A model generated the notes under the pieces. It had not been told where the DNA came from, ran no database searches, and worked only from the letters and a program-made list of their open reading frames with translations. 64,000 bases of DNA, taken from positions 55,224 to 119,223 of the forward strand of contig JAHDRW010000011.1 of assembly GCA_018433085.1 (NCBI GenBank), given 5' to 3'. Shown in pieces: positions 40,925 through 50,653 of this stretch. The position numbers were made by a program, and so were the translations under genes. This DNA comes from Deltaproteobacteria bacterium (GTDB lineage Bacteria > Desulfobacterota > Desulfomonilia > UBA1062). Positions within the stretch are counted from its first letter, which is position 1. Each line of letters begins with the position of its first letter.

Positions 40925-42007
40925 ATGAGAGACGTATTCAATTTCAATCCCGGGCCCGCGGTGTTGCCCGAGCCGGTTCTCGAGAATACGAGCAAGGCTG
41001 TTCTGAACTTTGCGAACACCGGCATGTCCGTGATGGAGGTAAGCCACCGGTCCAAGGAGTTCGATGCACTGCTGGTGGAGACCGAATCTCTGGCGGCCGA
41101 GGTCATGGGGATTCCCGAGAACTACAAGGTCCTTTTTCTTCAGGGAGGGGCGAGTCTCCAGTTTTCCATGGTGCCCATGAATCTTCTGTTTGACGGCAAG
41201 ACCGCCGACTATATCGATACCGGTTCATGGTCTTCCAAGGCCATCAAAGAGGCGCGGAAGGTGGGCAAGGTCAATGTGGCCGCATCGACCAAGGATGACA
41301 AGTATACCCGGATACCCTCGCCCTCCGAGCTCAAGCTCACCCCGGGAGCGGTCTATTGCCACATCACCTCCAACAACACCATCTATGGAACCCAGTGGCA
41401 GACCTTTCCCGATACCGGGGACGTTCCGCTGGTGGCCGACATGTCGTCGGATATCCTCTCCAGGCAGTTCGACATGAGCAAGTTCGGGATCGTCTATGCC
41501 GGCGCCCAGAAGAACATGGGTCCTGCCGGGGTCACGATGGTGGTCATCCGCAAGGACCTTGTCGACGAAGCTCCGGAGAACATCCCCACCATGCTCAAGT
41601 ACTCCACCCACGTGGAGAGCAACTCCACCTTCAACACCTGTCCGGTGCTGGCCATATTCGTGGTCCACGAGGTCCTGAAGTGGCTCAGGGACATGGGCGG
41701 CGTTCCGGAGATGGAGAAGCTGAACGACAGGAAGGCCGCCGTCATATACGACGTGCTGGACAGCAGCTCCTTCTACCGCGGTACGGTGCAGAAGGATTCG
41801 CGTTCCAGGATGAACGTCCCCTTCCGGCTTCCCACCGAGGAGCTGGAGGCCGAGTTTCTCTCCGAGGCGAACAAGAGAAGCCTCAAGGGCCTCAAGGGTC
41901 ACCGGTCCGTGGGCGGCATGCGGGCATCCATCTACAACGCCATGCCTCTCGAGGGTGTGCAGAAGCTTGCCGATTTCATGACGGAGTTCGAGAAGCTCCA
42001 TTCATAG
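40925..42007 (+). CDS. serC: Phosphoserine aminotransferase
   Basis: N-terminus MRDVFNFNPGPAVLPEPVL and the PLP-Lys region. An AGGAGG RBS precedes the ATG at 40925. Confidence 0.85.
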   Translation: MRDVFNFNPGPAVLPEPVLENTSKAVLNFANTGMSVMEVSHRSKEFDALLVETESLAAEVMGIPENYKVLFLQGGASLQFSMVPMNLLFDGKTADYIDTGSWSSKAIKEARKVGKVNVAASTKDDKYTRIPSPSELKLTPGAVYCHITSNNTIYGTQWQTFPDTGDVPLVADMSSDILSRQFDMSKFGIVYAGAQKNMGPAGVTMVVIRKDLVDEAPENIPTMLKYSTHVESNSTFNTCPVLAIFVVHEVLKWLRDMGGVPEMEKLNDRKAAVIYDVLDSSSFYRGTVQKDSRSRMNVPFRLPTEELEAEFLSEANKRSLKGLKGHRSVGGMRASIYNAMPLEGVQKLADFMTEFEKLHS

Positions 42008-42167
42008 CATCTGCGCCGGGCGGTGCGCCGGTCGCGCTGCCCGGCTTGTCCGGGGACGGCAGGTGTGATTTCGCGGGGACGGTTCGCAGGACGGATCATG
42101 TCCCGGCGGGTCCGCCCTTGTCGTGTGAAGCGCCCCCCCTCGCCGCCGCGTGCGGCAGGGAGACGGT

Positions 42168-42196
42168 TTGACTTTATCAATAACCAATGTTATAAA
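42168..42196 (+). promoter_or_regulatory. Sigma70-type promoter TTGACT, 17 nt, TATAAA upstream of the TetR-like gene
   Basis: The -35 lies at 42168..42173 and the -10 at 42191..42196, about 25 nt upstream of the ATG at 42221. Confidence 0.4.
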
Positions 42197-42220
42197 TCTT
42201 GATCATGTAGTGGGGTTTTC

Positions 42221-42892
42221 ATGCCGGTAAAGAGCAAGTTCGCTGTTGAAGACATCGTTGACGCGGCATTTTGCATCGTTCGAAGGCAGGGTGCAGACAA
42301 ATGTTCCGCCCGGGCCATAGCGAATGAGTTGAACTCGTCGACCATGCCCATCTATTCATGCCTGAGCTCCATGAAAGAGCTGGAGAAGGCGGTGATCAAA
42401 AAGGCCTTGGACCTGCTGATCAGCTATGAGACCAAGGTGCGGACAGGAGATGTGTTTCTCGACATGGGCATCGGGTACATCATGTTCGCCAAGACCGAGA
42501 AGCATCTGTTCAGGATGCTTTTTCTCTCCGAGAGAAAAGGGGCCTCCGGTGATACCCGGAAGCGCTTTAACGACTATGTGATGGACGCACTTCTGGAGAA
42601 GCTCAGCGGATTCGAGCCTCTCAACGGTTTTTCCCAGGAGCAGAAAAGGGATCTCATAAACCGGATGTGGGTCTTCACCCATGGGCTTGCCGTGCTGCTG
42701 AACAATTCGATCATTCGGGATTTGAGCGAGCGGAAGATCACGGAGCTGATCATGGACACGGGACTGTTCGTGATCCAGGGAGAAAAGATCCGCAAAGAGA
42801 TCTATGCCGAACCCGATGTGCAGGATTTTCTGAAGAGAGCGGGGTTTTCGGACCTGGATGATCGCAGTGCAGCAGACTTTGATTTGTTCTGA
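42221..42892 (+). CDS. TetR/AcrR-like transcriptional regulator
   Basis: N-terminal HTH-like segment AFCIVRRQGADKCSARAIANELNSSTMPIYSCL, and a helical C-terminal domain. Confidence 0.6.
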   Translation: MPVKSKFAVEDIVDAAFCIVRRQGADKCSARAIANELNSSTMPIYSCLSSMKELEKAVIKKALDLLISYETKVRTGDVFLDMGIGYIMFAKTEKHLFRMLFLSERKGASGDTRKRFNDYVMDALLEKLSGFEPLNGFSQEQKRDLINRMWVFTHGLAVLLNNSIIRDLSERKITELIMDTGLFVIQGEKIRKEIYAEPDVQDFLKRAGFSDLDDRSAADFDLF

Positions 42893-43098
42893 CCGTGTTC
42901 TACAGAAGGCTCTCGCATTATTGATACTCGCAGTTGTTGCGGCGTGATTCTTTTTCATGGGCGCTCGCGTGAAGAGCCCCGGTTTCCGGCCTGCCGTATT
43001 CACACACGGCCGAGGTGGACGGCTTCAGGGTTCTGGCAAGGGCGGGAGTTCCGGAGATGGATGATCCCCCCGCAGCCGGGGGAGTGAGAGGAGGGGAT

Positions 43099-43977
43099 AT
43101 GGCGTCGAAACGGAAACATCTTGCGACCATTGCAGGTTTTGTGTCTCTGATGTTGTTTCTCTCGGGGTGCGCTTCTCCCGAGTTCATGGTGAAGTCCATG
43201 GATCCGCTCATGGACAGGATGGATACCTCGGTGAACCGGTGTCCCGATGTAGATACGATCCGCGATTCTCTTCCCACCACGATCGTCCAGCTGGACGGGT
43301 TCATCGATATCGCCCCGAGCGCCAAGCTCTATTTGCGGGCCGCCGAGGTGAACTTTGGATACTCGTTTGCCTTTATCGAGGATGTCGACAGGGACAGGGC
43401 GAGCTATCTCTATCTCAAGGCGCGGGACTATGCGCTGCAGCCCCTGTTGCTCAACGACGACTTCCGCGGGGCGCTTCACCGGCCGGTGGACAAGTTCAGG
43501 GCCTCCCTCGACGACTTCAGCAAGGCCGATGCGCCTGCGCTCTACTGGGCGGCAAGCTCCTGGATGGCGTGGATATCGCTCAACCTCGATAAGACCGAGG
43601 TCCTCATGGATATTCCCAAGATCGAGGCCATGCTGCTCAAGGTGGTCGAGCTCGACGAAAACTACTACCACGGGAGCGCCCACGCCACCCTGGGGGCCTA
43701 TTACGCATCCCGCTCCAAGGTCATCGGCGGAGACCCGGACAAGGCGAAGTATCACTTCGACCGGGCGTTCGCGATCTCAAAGTCCAGGCTTCTCTTCGTA
43801 CACCTGCTCTACGCCAAGTACTACGCCTACCAGATCCAGGACAGGGCGCTCTTTGAGCAGACCCTTCAGCAGGTGATAGACACGCCGGTGGATTATTTTC
43901 CCCGGAAGAACTTCGCCAACGAGGTGGCAAAGAGAAAGGCCCGGGTGCTGCTGAACGAGGTGGATTCGTATTTCTGA
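43099..43977 (+). CDS. TPR lipoprotein of the TatT type (TRAP-transporter-associated)
   Basis: Lipoprotein signal MASKRKHLATIAGFVSLMLFLSGCAS, helical repeat content, and a position immediately upstream of dctPQM. A GAGGAGGGG RBS is present. Confidence 0.5.
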   Translation: MASKRKHLATIAGFVSLMLFLSGCASPEFMVKSMDPLMDRMDTSVNRCPDVDTIRDSLPTTIVQLDGFIDIAPSAKLYLRAAEVNFGYSFAFIEDVDRDRASYLYLKARDYALQPLLLNDDFRGALHRPVDKFRASLDDFSKADAPALYWAASSWMAWISLNLDKTEVLMDIPKIEAMLLKVVELDENYYHGSAHATLGAYYASRSKVIGGDPDKAKYHFDRAFAISKSRLLFVHLLYAKYYAYQIQDRALFEQTLQQVIDTPVDYFPRKNFANEVAKRKARVLLNEVDSYF

Positions 43978-44016
43978 TGACATGCAATCCGTGAGAACCA
44001 AGGAGGAGGAAACCGT

Positions 44017-45075
44017 ATGAACCGTTTTGGGCTTATTATTCCGGCTGTTTTCCTGGCGATGGGGCTTCTCTGTAACGGCGTGTCCGCAGCCGATAAGGCC
44101 CGGATTACGATCAAGATGGCCACGCTGGCCCCCAAGGGTTCCACCCTGGTGAACACCTATGAAAAACTCGCCGAGGATATCACCGCCAGGACAGGGGGTG
44201 AGGTGGGGTTCAAGATCTACTGGGGGGGCGTCCAGGGCGACGAAAAGGACATGATCCGGAAGATCAAGCTCGGCCAGCTCCACGGCGGTGCATTTTCCGG
44301 TGCCGGCCTCGGGGATATCGTTCCCGAGGTCCGGGTGACCGAGATTCCATACGTGTTCAGGAATCACCGCGAGGTCGCCTACGTGCGGAAAGGGCTGCAG
44401 GACACCATGGAGAAGCTCTTCGAAGAGAAGGGGTTCGTGGTTCTCGGGTGGGGGGACATCGGTTTTCTCTATACCTTTTCCAAGGTGCCGCTCACCTCGC
44501 TCGAGGTGGCGCGGCAGCAGAAGTGGTGGACGCTCGAGGGTGAGCCCATCGGCCGCGAGATGTACAAGGCCCTGGGCATTTCCCCCATATCCCTGTCCGT
44601 CACGGACGTGGCCACGTCCCTTTCCACCAACCTCATCGACTGCGCAGGCGCCACCCCCTATATGGCGGTTGCGTTCCAGTGGTACACGAGGTTCAAATAC
44701 ATCAACGAGTTTCCCTCATCGAGCCTCCTGGGCGCCATGGTCATATCCAAGAAGGTATGGGACAAGATCTCGCCCGAGAGCCGGCAGATCATGCTCCGGC
44801 TGGCCCGGGAATCGCAGGAGAAGATCGCGGAGGCCGCCCGCAGGGAGGATGAAAAATGCCTGAAGATACTTCTGGATGCGGGAATTCAGGTGTACCGCAC
44901 GGAAGATAACATCCAGGAAGAGGAGGTCCGGTTTATCTTCGACGCCGCGGAAAAGACCCGGAACAATCTCGTGGGAGAGCTCTATTCCCAGGAGCTTCTC
45001 GACCGGACGCTGGGCCTTCTCGAGGAGTACCGGAGCAAGCACCCCGAAGATACCGGTGTTGTCCGGATCGAATAG
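44017..45075 (+). CDS. dctP: TRAP transporter substrate-binding protein (DctP family)
   Basis: Signal peptide and DctP-family N-domain RITIKMATLAPKGS...; 352 aa. An AAGGAGGAGG RBS is present. Confidence 0.8.
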   Translation: MNRFGLIIPAVFLAMGLLCNGVSAADKARITIKMATLAPKGSTLVNTYEKLAEDITARTGGEVGFKIYWGGVQGDEKDMIRKIKLGQLHGGAFSGAGLGDIVPEVRVTEIPYVFRNHREVAYVRKGLQDTMEKLFEEKGFVVLGWGDIGFLYTFSKVPLTSLEVARQQKWWTLEGEPIGREMYKALGISPISLSVTDVATSLSTNLIDCAGATPYMAVAFQWYTRFKYINEFPSSSLLGAMVISKKVWDKISPESRQIMLRLARESQEKIAEAARREDEKCLKILLDAGIQVYRTEDNIQEEEVRFIFDAAEKTRNNLVGELYSQELLDRTLGLLEEYRSKHPEDTGVVRIE

Positions 45076-45099
45076 CCGAAAAGATGTGGAGGAGCGTTC

Positions 45100-45666
45100 A
45101 TGCGCTGTAAGGTCTGCGGGCTGAGGCGATATGACCATCTGAGGGAATGTCCCGAGTGCGGCACCCCATACCCCGCTCCTCATCCGGCGATATCGGCCCT
45201 CCAGAAGGCGGAGGAGGGCCTGCTGGCGGTATTTCTCGGGCTCATGGTATTGCTGGTCCTGGTTCAGATCGTGATGAGGAATTTTTTTTCCACCGGGATC
45301 CCGGGCGGGGCCGAGATGGTTCGGCATCTCGTCCTTTGGGTGGCCTTCCTCGGGGCAGGGGTAGCGGCCCGCGAGGGGAAGCACATCCGTATCGATATTG
45401 CCGGCAGGCTCCTGAGCCCCAGGTTCAAGTGCGGGGCCGATGTTCTCACCGGCATCTTCTCGGTTGCAATATGCGCCATCCTCGCGTATGCGTCGGTCAA
45501 CTTTCTCCTGGTGGACTTTGAAGCGCAGATGTCCATACCCTTTCTCGGCCTGCCCATATGGGTGCTCGAGCTCATCATCCCCATCGGATACCTGGTGATC
45601 GCCGCGAGATTTGCCATGAGGACCGTGCGTTCCCTGATCTGGTTCATCCAGGGGGGCAATCTATGA
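45100..45666 (+). CDS. dctQ: TRAP transporter small permease (DctQ family) with an N-terminal CxxC-x12-CxxC extension
   Basis: Four predicted TM helices typical of DctQ, preceded by MRCKVCGLRRYDHLRECPECG. Confidence 0.65.
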   Translation: MRCKVCGLRRYDHLRECPECGTPYPAPHPAISALQKAEEGLLAVFLGLMVLLVLVQIVMRNFFSTGIPGGAEMVRHLVLWVAFLGAGVAAREGKHIRIDIAGRLLSPRFKCGADVLTGIFSVAICAILAYASVNFLLVDFEAQMSIPFLGLPIWVLELIIPIGYLVIAARFAMRTVRSLIWFIQGGNL

Positions 45667-46940
45667 CCGGAGCGCTGGCGGCCCTCATCATCCTCATGGC
45701 CTTTCTCGGCGCGCCGGTTTTCGTGGTTTTGTCCTCGTTCGCCATCCTGGGGTTCTATCTCTCGGACATCCAGTTTGCGGTCCTGATCGTGGACATCTAC
45801 TCGAAGTTCTCCAACAACCCGGTGCTCTATACCATACCCATCTTCACCTTTGCCGGTTACATCCTCGCCGAGAGCAAGGCCTCGGTGAGGATCGTGGATT
45901 TTTCCCAGGCGCTCTTCGGCTGGATGCCGGGCGGGCTCGCGATTGTGTCTCTGGTGGCGTGCGCGTTCTTCACCGCCTTTACCGGTGCATCGGGCGTCAC
46001 CATCATTGCGCTGGGCGGTCTTCTCTATCCTGCGCTTATCAAGGGGCTCTACCCGGAGCGGTTCTCGCTGGGGCTGCTGACATCTTCGGGCAGCCTCGGG
46101 CTGCTCTTCTTCCCGAGCCTGCCTATCATCATCTACGGGGTGGTGGCCGAGGTGAGCATCCCCCAGCTTTTTGCAGCCGGCTTTGTCCCAGGCGTGTTTC
46201 TGGTCGTGCTCCTTTCGCTGTATTCCATATTCAAGGGCGGCACGTCCACCGTAAGGACCACGAGGTTCTCCCTGCGCGAGGCGGCCAGGAGCGCGGGAAG
46301 GGCCAAGTGGGAGCTGTTCATCCCGGTCATGCTCGTGGTGGGGATTTTCGGCGGGTTCGTCACCCTGGGGGAGGTGGCGTCCATCACCGTAGCCTATGCC
46401 CTGATCGTGGAAACCCTGATTCACCGGGACATTCCGCTCAGGCGGATCCCCGGCGTCATGCACGAGAGCATGGTACTCGTGGGCGGTATCTTCATCATCT
46501 TCGGCTCGGCGCTGGCGCTCACCACCTACATGATCGACGCGGAGATTCCCTATGCCATGCTCGAGTTCATCCAGCTGCACATCTCATCCAAGATCGTGTT
46601 TCTCATCGCGCTCAACGTGGTTCTGCTCATGGTCGGATGCATCATGGACATCTATTCCGCGCTCGTGGTCGTGGTTCCCCTGATCATTCCTATTGCCGTG
46701 AGCTACGACATCAACCCCGTCCACCTGGGCATCATCTTTCTGACAAACCTGGAGATCGGGTACTCGACGCCGCCGGTGGGGATGAACCTCTTCATCTCGT
46801 GCTTCCGGTTCAACAAGCCGGTGGTAACCCTGTACAAGGCCTCGGTGCCGTTCCTCATCATCCTCCTCGTGGGCCTTGCCGTCATCACCTACGTCCCCCA
46901 GCTGAGCCTTATGCTAGTAGAATATTTCAACATCCGATAG
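45663..46940 (+). CDS. dctM: TRAP transporter large permease (DctM family)
   Basis: Polytopic membrane protein of about 425 aa. The ATG overlaps the dctQ stop (ATGA). The start was moved from the track ORF to 45663. Confidence 0.85.
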   Translation: MTGALAALIILMAFLGAPVFVVLSSFAILGFYLSDIQFAVLIVDIYSKFSNNPVLYTIPIFTFAGYILAESKASVRIVDFSQALFGWMPGGLAIVSLVACAFFTAFTGASGVTIIALGGLLYPALIKGLYPERFSLGLLTSSGSLGLLFFPSLPIIIYGVVAEVSIPQLFAAGFVPGVFLVVLLSLYSIFKGGTSTVRTTRFSLREAARSAGRAKWELFIPVMLVVGIFGGFVTLGEVASITVAYALIVETLIHRDIPLRRIPGVMHESMVLVGGIFIIFGSALALTTYMIDAEIPYAMLEFIQLHISSKIVFLIALNVVLLMVGCIMDIYSALVVVVPLIIPIAVSYDINPVHLGIIFLTNLEIGYSTPPVGMNLFISCFRFNKPVVTLYKASVPFLIILLVGLAVITYVPQLSLMLVEYFNIR

Positions 46941-47183
46941 AAATCGGGGACGGGTTCACATTACAACCCCCGCACCCGCAGGAGAGAGTCGGGATACGGC
47001 TTTCACGAGGAGAGGACCCGCTCGCGGATTCACAAAACGATCCCCCGCTCGCTTTGTCGAACCGACGCGAGCGTCCTTGACAGCATTATGCTTTTACTGC
47101 GGGCAGGGCCAAACTCATCTCCCCGCAGACGGCTGTCTCAAACAGCGGTGCAGATACTGCCTTACGATCGGAAGAGACAGGAA

Positions 47184-47615
47184 TCAGACGATATCGACAA
47201 GCTCGATATCAAAGACGAGGGTTTTCCCCGCAAGGGGATGATTTGCATCCAGGCGCACGGCTTCGTCACGGACCTCACTTACCACCACAGGGAGTTCCTC
47301 GCCGCTGTTGTCGACAATGATCAGCCTCATGCCGACCTCGGGCTCGATATCTTCAGGGAAATACTCCTTGGGCATTTCCACCACAAGGTTATCGTTATAT
47401 GAGCCATATGCCTGTTCGGGCTCGATGGAAACCGTCTTGGACTCGCCGACGTTCATACCTTCGGCAGCTTCCTCGAAACCGGGGATGACCTCATGGGAAC
47501 CGAGCGTGAACTCGAGGGGTTCGGCGTCTACGGAAGAATCGAAGATAACCCCGTCCTCGAAACGGCCCGTGTAATGTACCTTTACGGTGTCTCCTTGTTT
47601 TACCGGTGTATTCAT
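47184..47615 (-). CDS. FKBP-type peptidyl-prolyl cis-trans isomerase (SlyD/FkpB-like)
   Basis: VKVHYTGRFEDGVIFDSS...FTLGSHEVIPGFEEA. The start was moved to the ATG at 47615 (AGGAGG RBS); 143 aa. Confidence 0.8.
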   Translation of the reverse strand: MNTPVKQGDTVKVHYTGRFEDGVIFDSSVDAEPLEFTLGSHEVIPGFEEAAEGMNVGESKTVSIEPEQAYGSYNDNLVVEMPKEYFPEDIEPEVGMRLIIVDNSGEELPVVVSEVRDEAVRLDANHPLAGKTLVFDIELVDIV

Positions 47616-47820
47616 AACCAGACCTCCTGCTGTAGGGACATTCATATAAGAGTAACAGATAGGCTTCAGAAACACAAAAAGAATATCCCCCTGGCGGAGA
47701 ATGTGGCATCAGGCCAAATATTTTTCAGGAAGGCATGGTTTTGATGAGCAGCAAATCCTGGATTATCCTGAAGGAATAGGTATAATATCCTGCAAACCAG
47801 AGAAAGAGGAGGTTTTGATC

Positions 47821-48540
47821 ATGTCCAGGATCAAATATACCCTTGACGGCAGCATAGCGGTCATTACCATGAACAGCGGTGAAAACCGGTTCAACCTCGA
47901 CTTTCTCGGAGAATTCCTCGGTATCCTCGACGAAATCGAATATTCCACATCGGCAGACGCCCTGGTTGTGGAATCGGCCCACGAAAAGATCTTCTGCAAC
48001 GGGATCGACCTCGACTGGCTCGAACCCATCGCAAGGGCCGGAGACAGAGAAACGGTCGTACGTTTCTGCCGGACCTTCAACGGCCTGCTCAGAAGGATCC
48101 TTCTGTATCCCATGCCCACCATTGCGGCGATAACGGGACACGCCTTTGCCGGAGGCGCCATCATGTGCTGCTGCTTCGACTTCCGCTTCATGCGCTCCGA
48201 CAGGGGTTTTTTCTGCTTTCCCGAGGTGGATATCGGCATACCCTTCTGGCCCGGGATGGTGGCCATGGTGAAAAAGGCAATGCCCCGGTACATCCTCGAC
48301 GATCTGTACTATCTGGGCGCACGGCTCACCGGCCTGGAGTGCCAGGAGCATCGTATCGTCAGAAAGGCGCTGCCCATGGACGACCTCATGCCCGAAGTCC
48401 TGGCATTCGCCAAAGGTCTTCACAAAAACCGTGCCTTTTACAAGGCCCAGAAGGACAGGATGAATGCCGGTATCATCCGGATCATGGATGAAGAGGACCC
48501 ACAGGTCATCGAGACCGGGAAGATCTCGGCAGGGAGTTGA
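47821..48540 (+). CDS. Enoyl-CoA hydratase/isomerase family protein
   Basis: Crotonase-like IAVITMNSGENRFN and FCNGIDL. The start was moved to the ATG at 47821 (GAGGAGG RBS). Confidence 0.7.
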   Translation: MSRIKYTLDGSIAVITMNSGENRFNLDFLGEFLGILDEIEYSTSADALVVESAHEKIFCNGIDLDWLEPIARAGDRETVVRFCRTFNGLLRRILLYPMPTIAAITGHAFAGGAIMCCCFDFRFMRSDRGFFCFPEVDIGIPFWPGMVAMVKKAMPRYILDDLYYLGARLTGLECQEHRIVRKALPMDDLMPEVLAFAKGLHKNRAFYKAQKDRMNAGIIRIMDEEDPQVIETGKISAGS

Positions 48541-48680
48541 TCCGTCCATTCCGCTGTCCGGAGAACGGGGAGCGGCGCCTTTTCGGCCCGCGCATTTCAA
48601 CGCATTGTTCTGTCCTTGGTGAAATGTTCGGAAACGTGGTATGAAAATAATACAATAAGAGTTCGATATGAGGAGGGACC

Positions 48681-50240
48681 ATGGCAGAGAAAGAATATGT
48701 CCTGGCGGTCGACTCGGGCACCCAGAGCATCCGGGCGGTGCTCTTCGATGCTCAAGGGAATGAGCTGGCGATAGAGCAGGCCCAGTACGACCCCTATTTC
48801 TCAATGCAGCCCGGGTGGGCGGAGCAGCGCACGGAAGACTACTGGTCGAAGTTCTGCCAGGTCACAAAAGGGCTCATGGCCAAGATCTCCATCGACCCCG
48901 GGGCAATCGCCGGACTCGGCATAACCACCCAGCGCAATACCGTGATCCCCATGGACAAGGAGGGCAACGCCCTGAGGCCGGCCATTATCTGGCTCGATCA
49001 GCGCGTGGTTTCCCAGCTCCCTCCTCTGGGCCTTGCCGGCAAGGTGCTTTTCGGCGCAGCCGGCCTGCTCGATGCCATCCGGTATGCGCAGAAGCACTCC
49101 AAGTTCCTGTGGATCCAGCAGAACGAGCCCTGGATTTACGAGAAGACGTACAAGTTCGTCCAGGCGTCCGGGTTCTTCGTCCGGAAGCTCACCGGCGAGT
49201 TCCACGACTCCACCGGCATGGTCACCGGGATATGGCCCTTCGACTACAAGAAGCTGAAATGGTACCCCATCAGCATTGCCTACAGCCCGCTGGGAATCAC
49301 CCAGGACCAGTGCGTCAGCCTGTTTTCTCCGGATCAGGTCCTGGGGCGGGTCACCCGGCAGGCATCGCAGGAAACCGGGTTGCCGGAAGGGCTGTCCGTG
49401 GTGGTGGGCGCGGGCGACAAGCAGAGCGAGCTCCTCGGTGCGGGCGCGCTCGACCCGCAGGTCGCTGAGATCAGCTTCGGAACCGCCACGGCAATGCATG
49501 TCATGACCCGGAAGTATATCGTGGAAAAGGACATGAAGTTTTTCACCTGGCCCGCGGCCATCCCCAACACCTGGGACATCGAGATGTTCATATTCCGGGG
49601 GTTCTGGATGGTTACCTGGTTCAAGCAGGAGTTCGGTCACCGGGAGGCCCTCGAGGCGAAAGAACGCGGCATCGCGCCCGAGGTGATATTCGACGAAGTC
49701 GTGAGGAACATACCCGCGGGGTCCATGGGGCTCATGCTCCAGCCCTACTGGTCTCCCATGGTCTACAACAAATATGCGAAGGGCTCCATCATCGGCTTCA
49801 GCGACGTGCATACCCGCGCCCACATCTACCGCGCAATCCTGGAGGGAATCGGCTTCGAGCTGAGGAGACTCTCGGAGATCGTACAGCGCAAGACCGGGAT
49901 ACCCTTCCGCGAGATCAGGGTCGGCGGCGGCGGCTCCAAGAGCGACGTGGCGGTCCAGGTGGCAGCCGATATGTTCAACCTGCCGGTGTCGCGCATGGCG
50001 ACCTCGGAGATCTCGGCCCTGGGCGCCGCCATTGACGCGGCCGTTGCCACCGGGATGCACACGAACTTCGAAGATGCGGTCAGGTCCATGGTCAAGAAGG
50101 GCAGGACCTTCGAACCCCACACACCGAATTGCAGAATCTACAGCGACCTGTACCACGACGTGTACCTGAAGACCTATACGACCATCGAGCCGCTGAACCG
50201 CAGGATCGCGCAGATCATCGGGTATCCGGCGGAGGACTAG
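48681..50240 (+). CDS. FGGY-family carbohydrate kinase (xylulokinase/glycerol kinase-like)
   Basis: N-terminus YVLAVDSGTQSIRAVLFD and the FGGY C-terminal domain. A GAGGAGGG RBS is present. Confidence 0.8.
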   Translation: MAEKEYVLAVDSGTQSIRAVLFDAQGNELAIEQAQYDPYFSMQPGWAEQRTEDYWSKFCQVTKGLMAKISIDPGAIAGLGITTQRNTVIPMDKEGNALRPAIIWLDQRVVSQLPPLGLAGKVLFGAAGLLDAIRYAQKHSKFLWIQQNEPWIYEKTYKFVQASGFFVRKLTGEFHDSTGMVTGIWPFDYKKLKWYPISIAYSPLGITQDQCVSLFSPDQVLGRVTRQASQETGLPEGLSVVVGAGDKQSELLGAGALDPQVAEISFGTATAMHVMTRKYIVEKDMKFFTWPAAIPNTWDIEMFIFRGFWMVTWFKQEFGHREALEAKERGIAPEVIFDEVVRNIPAGSMGLMLQPYWSPMVYNKYAKGSIIGFSDVHTRAHIYRAILEGIGFELRRLSEIVQRKTGIPFREIRVGGGGSKSDVAVQVAADMFNLPVSRMATSEISALGAAIDAAVATGMHTNFEDAVRSMVKKGRTFEPHTPNCRIYSDLYHDVYLKTYTTIEPLNRRIAQIIGYPAED

Positions 50241-50653
50241 AGGCGCAGGCGAGGGAACCGGAGGCCCCGGCTTCTTCCGATGCAAAGGGATCGGGCAGTG
50301 GTCGACGAAATGCGTCCGGTACGGAATCCGCCATGGGGGTCCGAGCCCTTAGCCCCGGGCAGCAGAAACCATGGGGCGGGAATCCTTGTCAATACTCGCC
50401 ATATAGGGTAATCCTTATAAGGCTAGTCCTGAAGATTTACCGGAGAGGAAAACCTCCTAGCCTAATCCACTGCGGCATTTATTCTGTATTCTTTCCCGGA
50501 CCGCTCCAATGAGCCGGATTCAATCTTTTCAGTTCATTTTCCGAAATAGAAGAACATATGGCACACTATGCTCAAAAGAGCCATTTATCACTTGACATAA
50601 TGCGATATTTCAAGCACAAGAAAAAAAACTTACGGTGTTGTGCTGATTTTATA

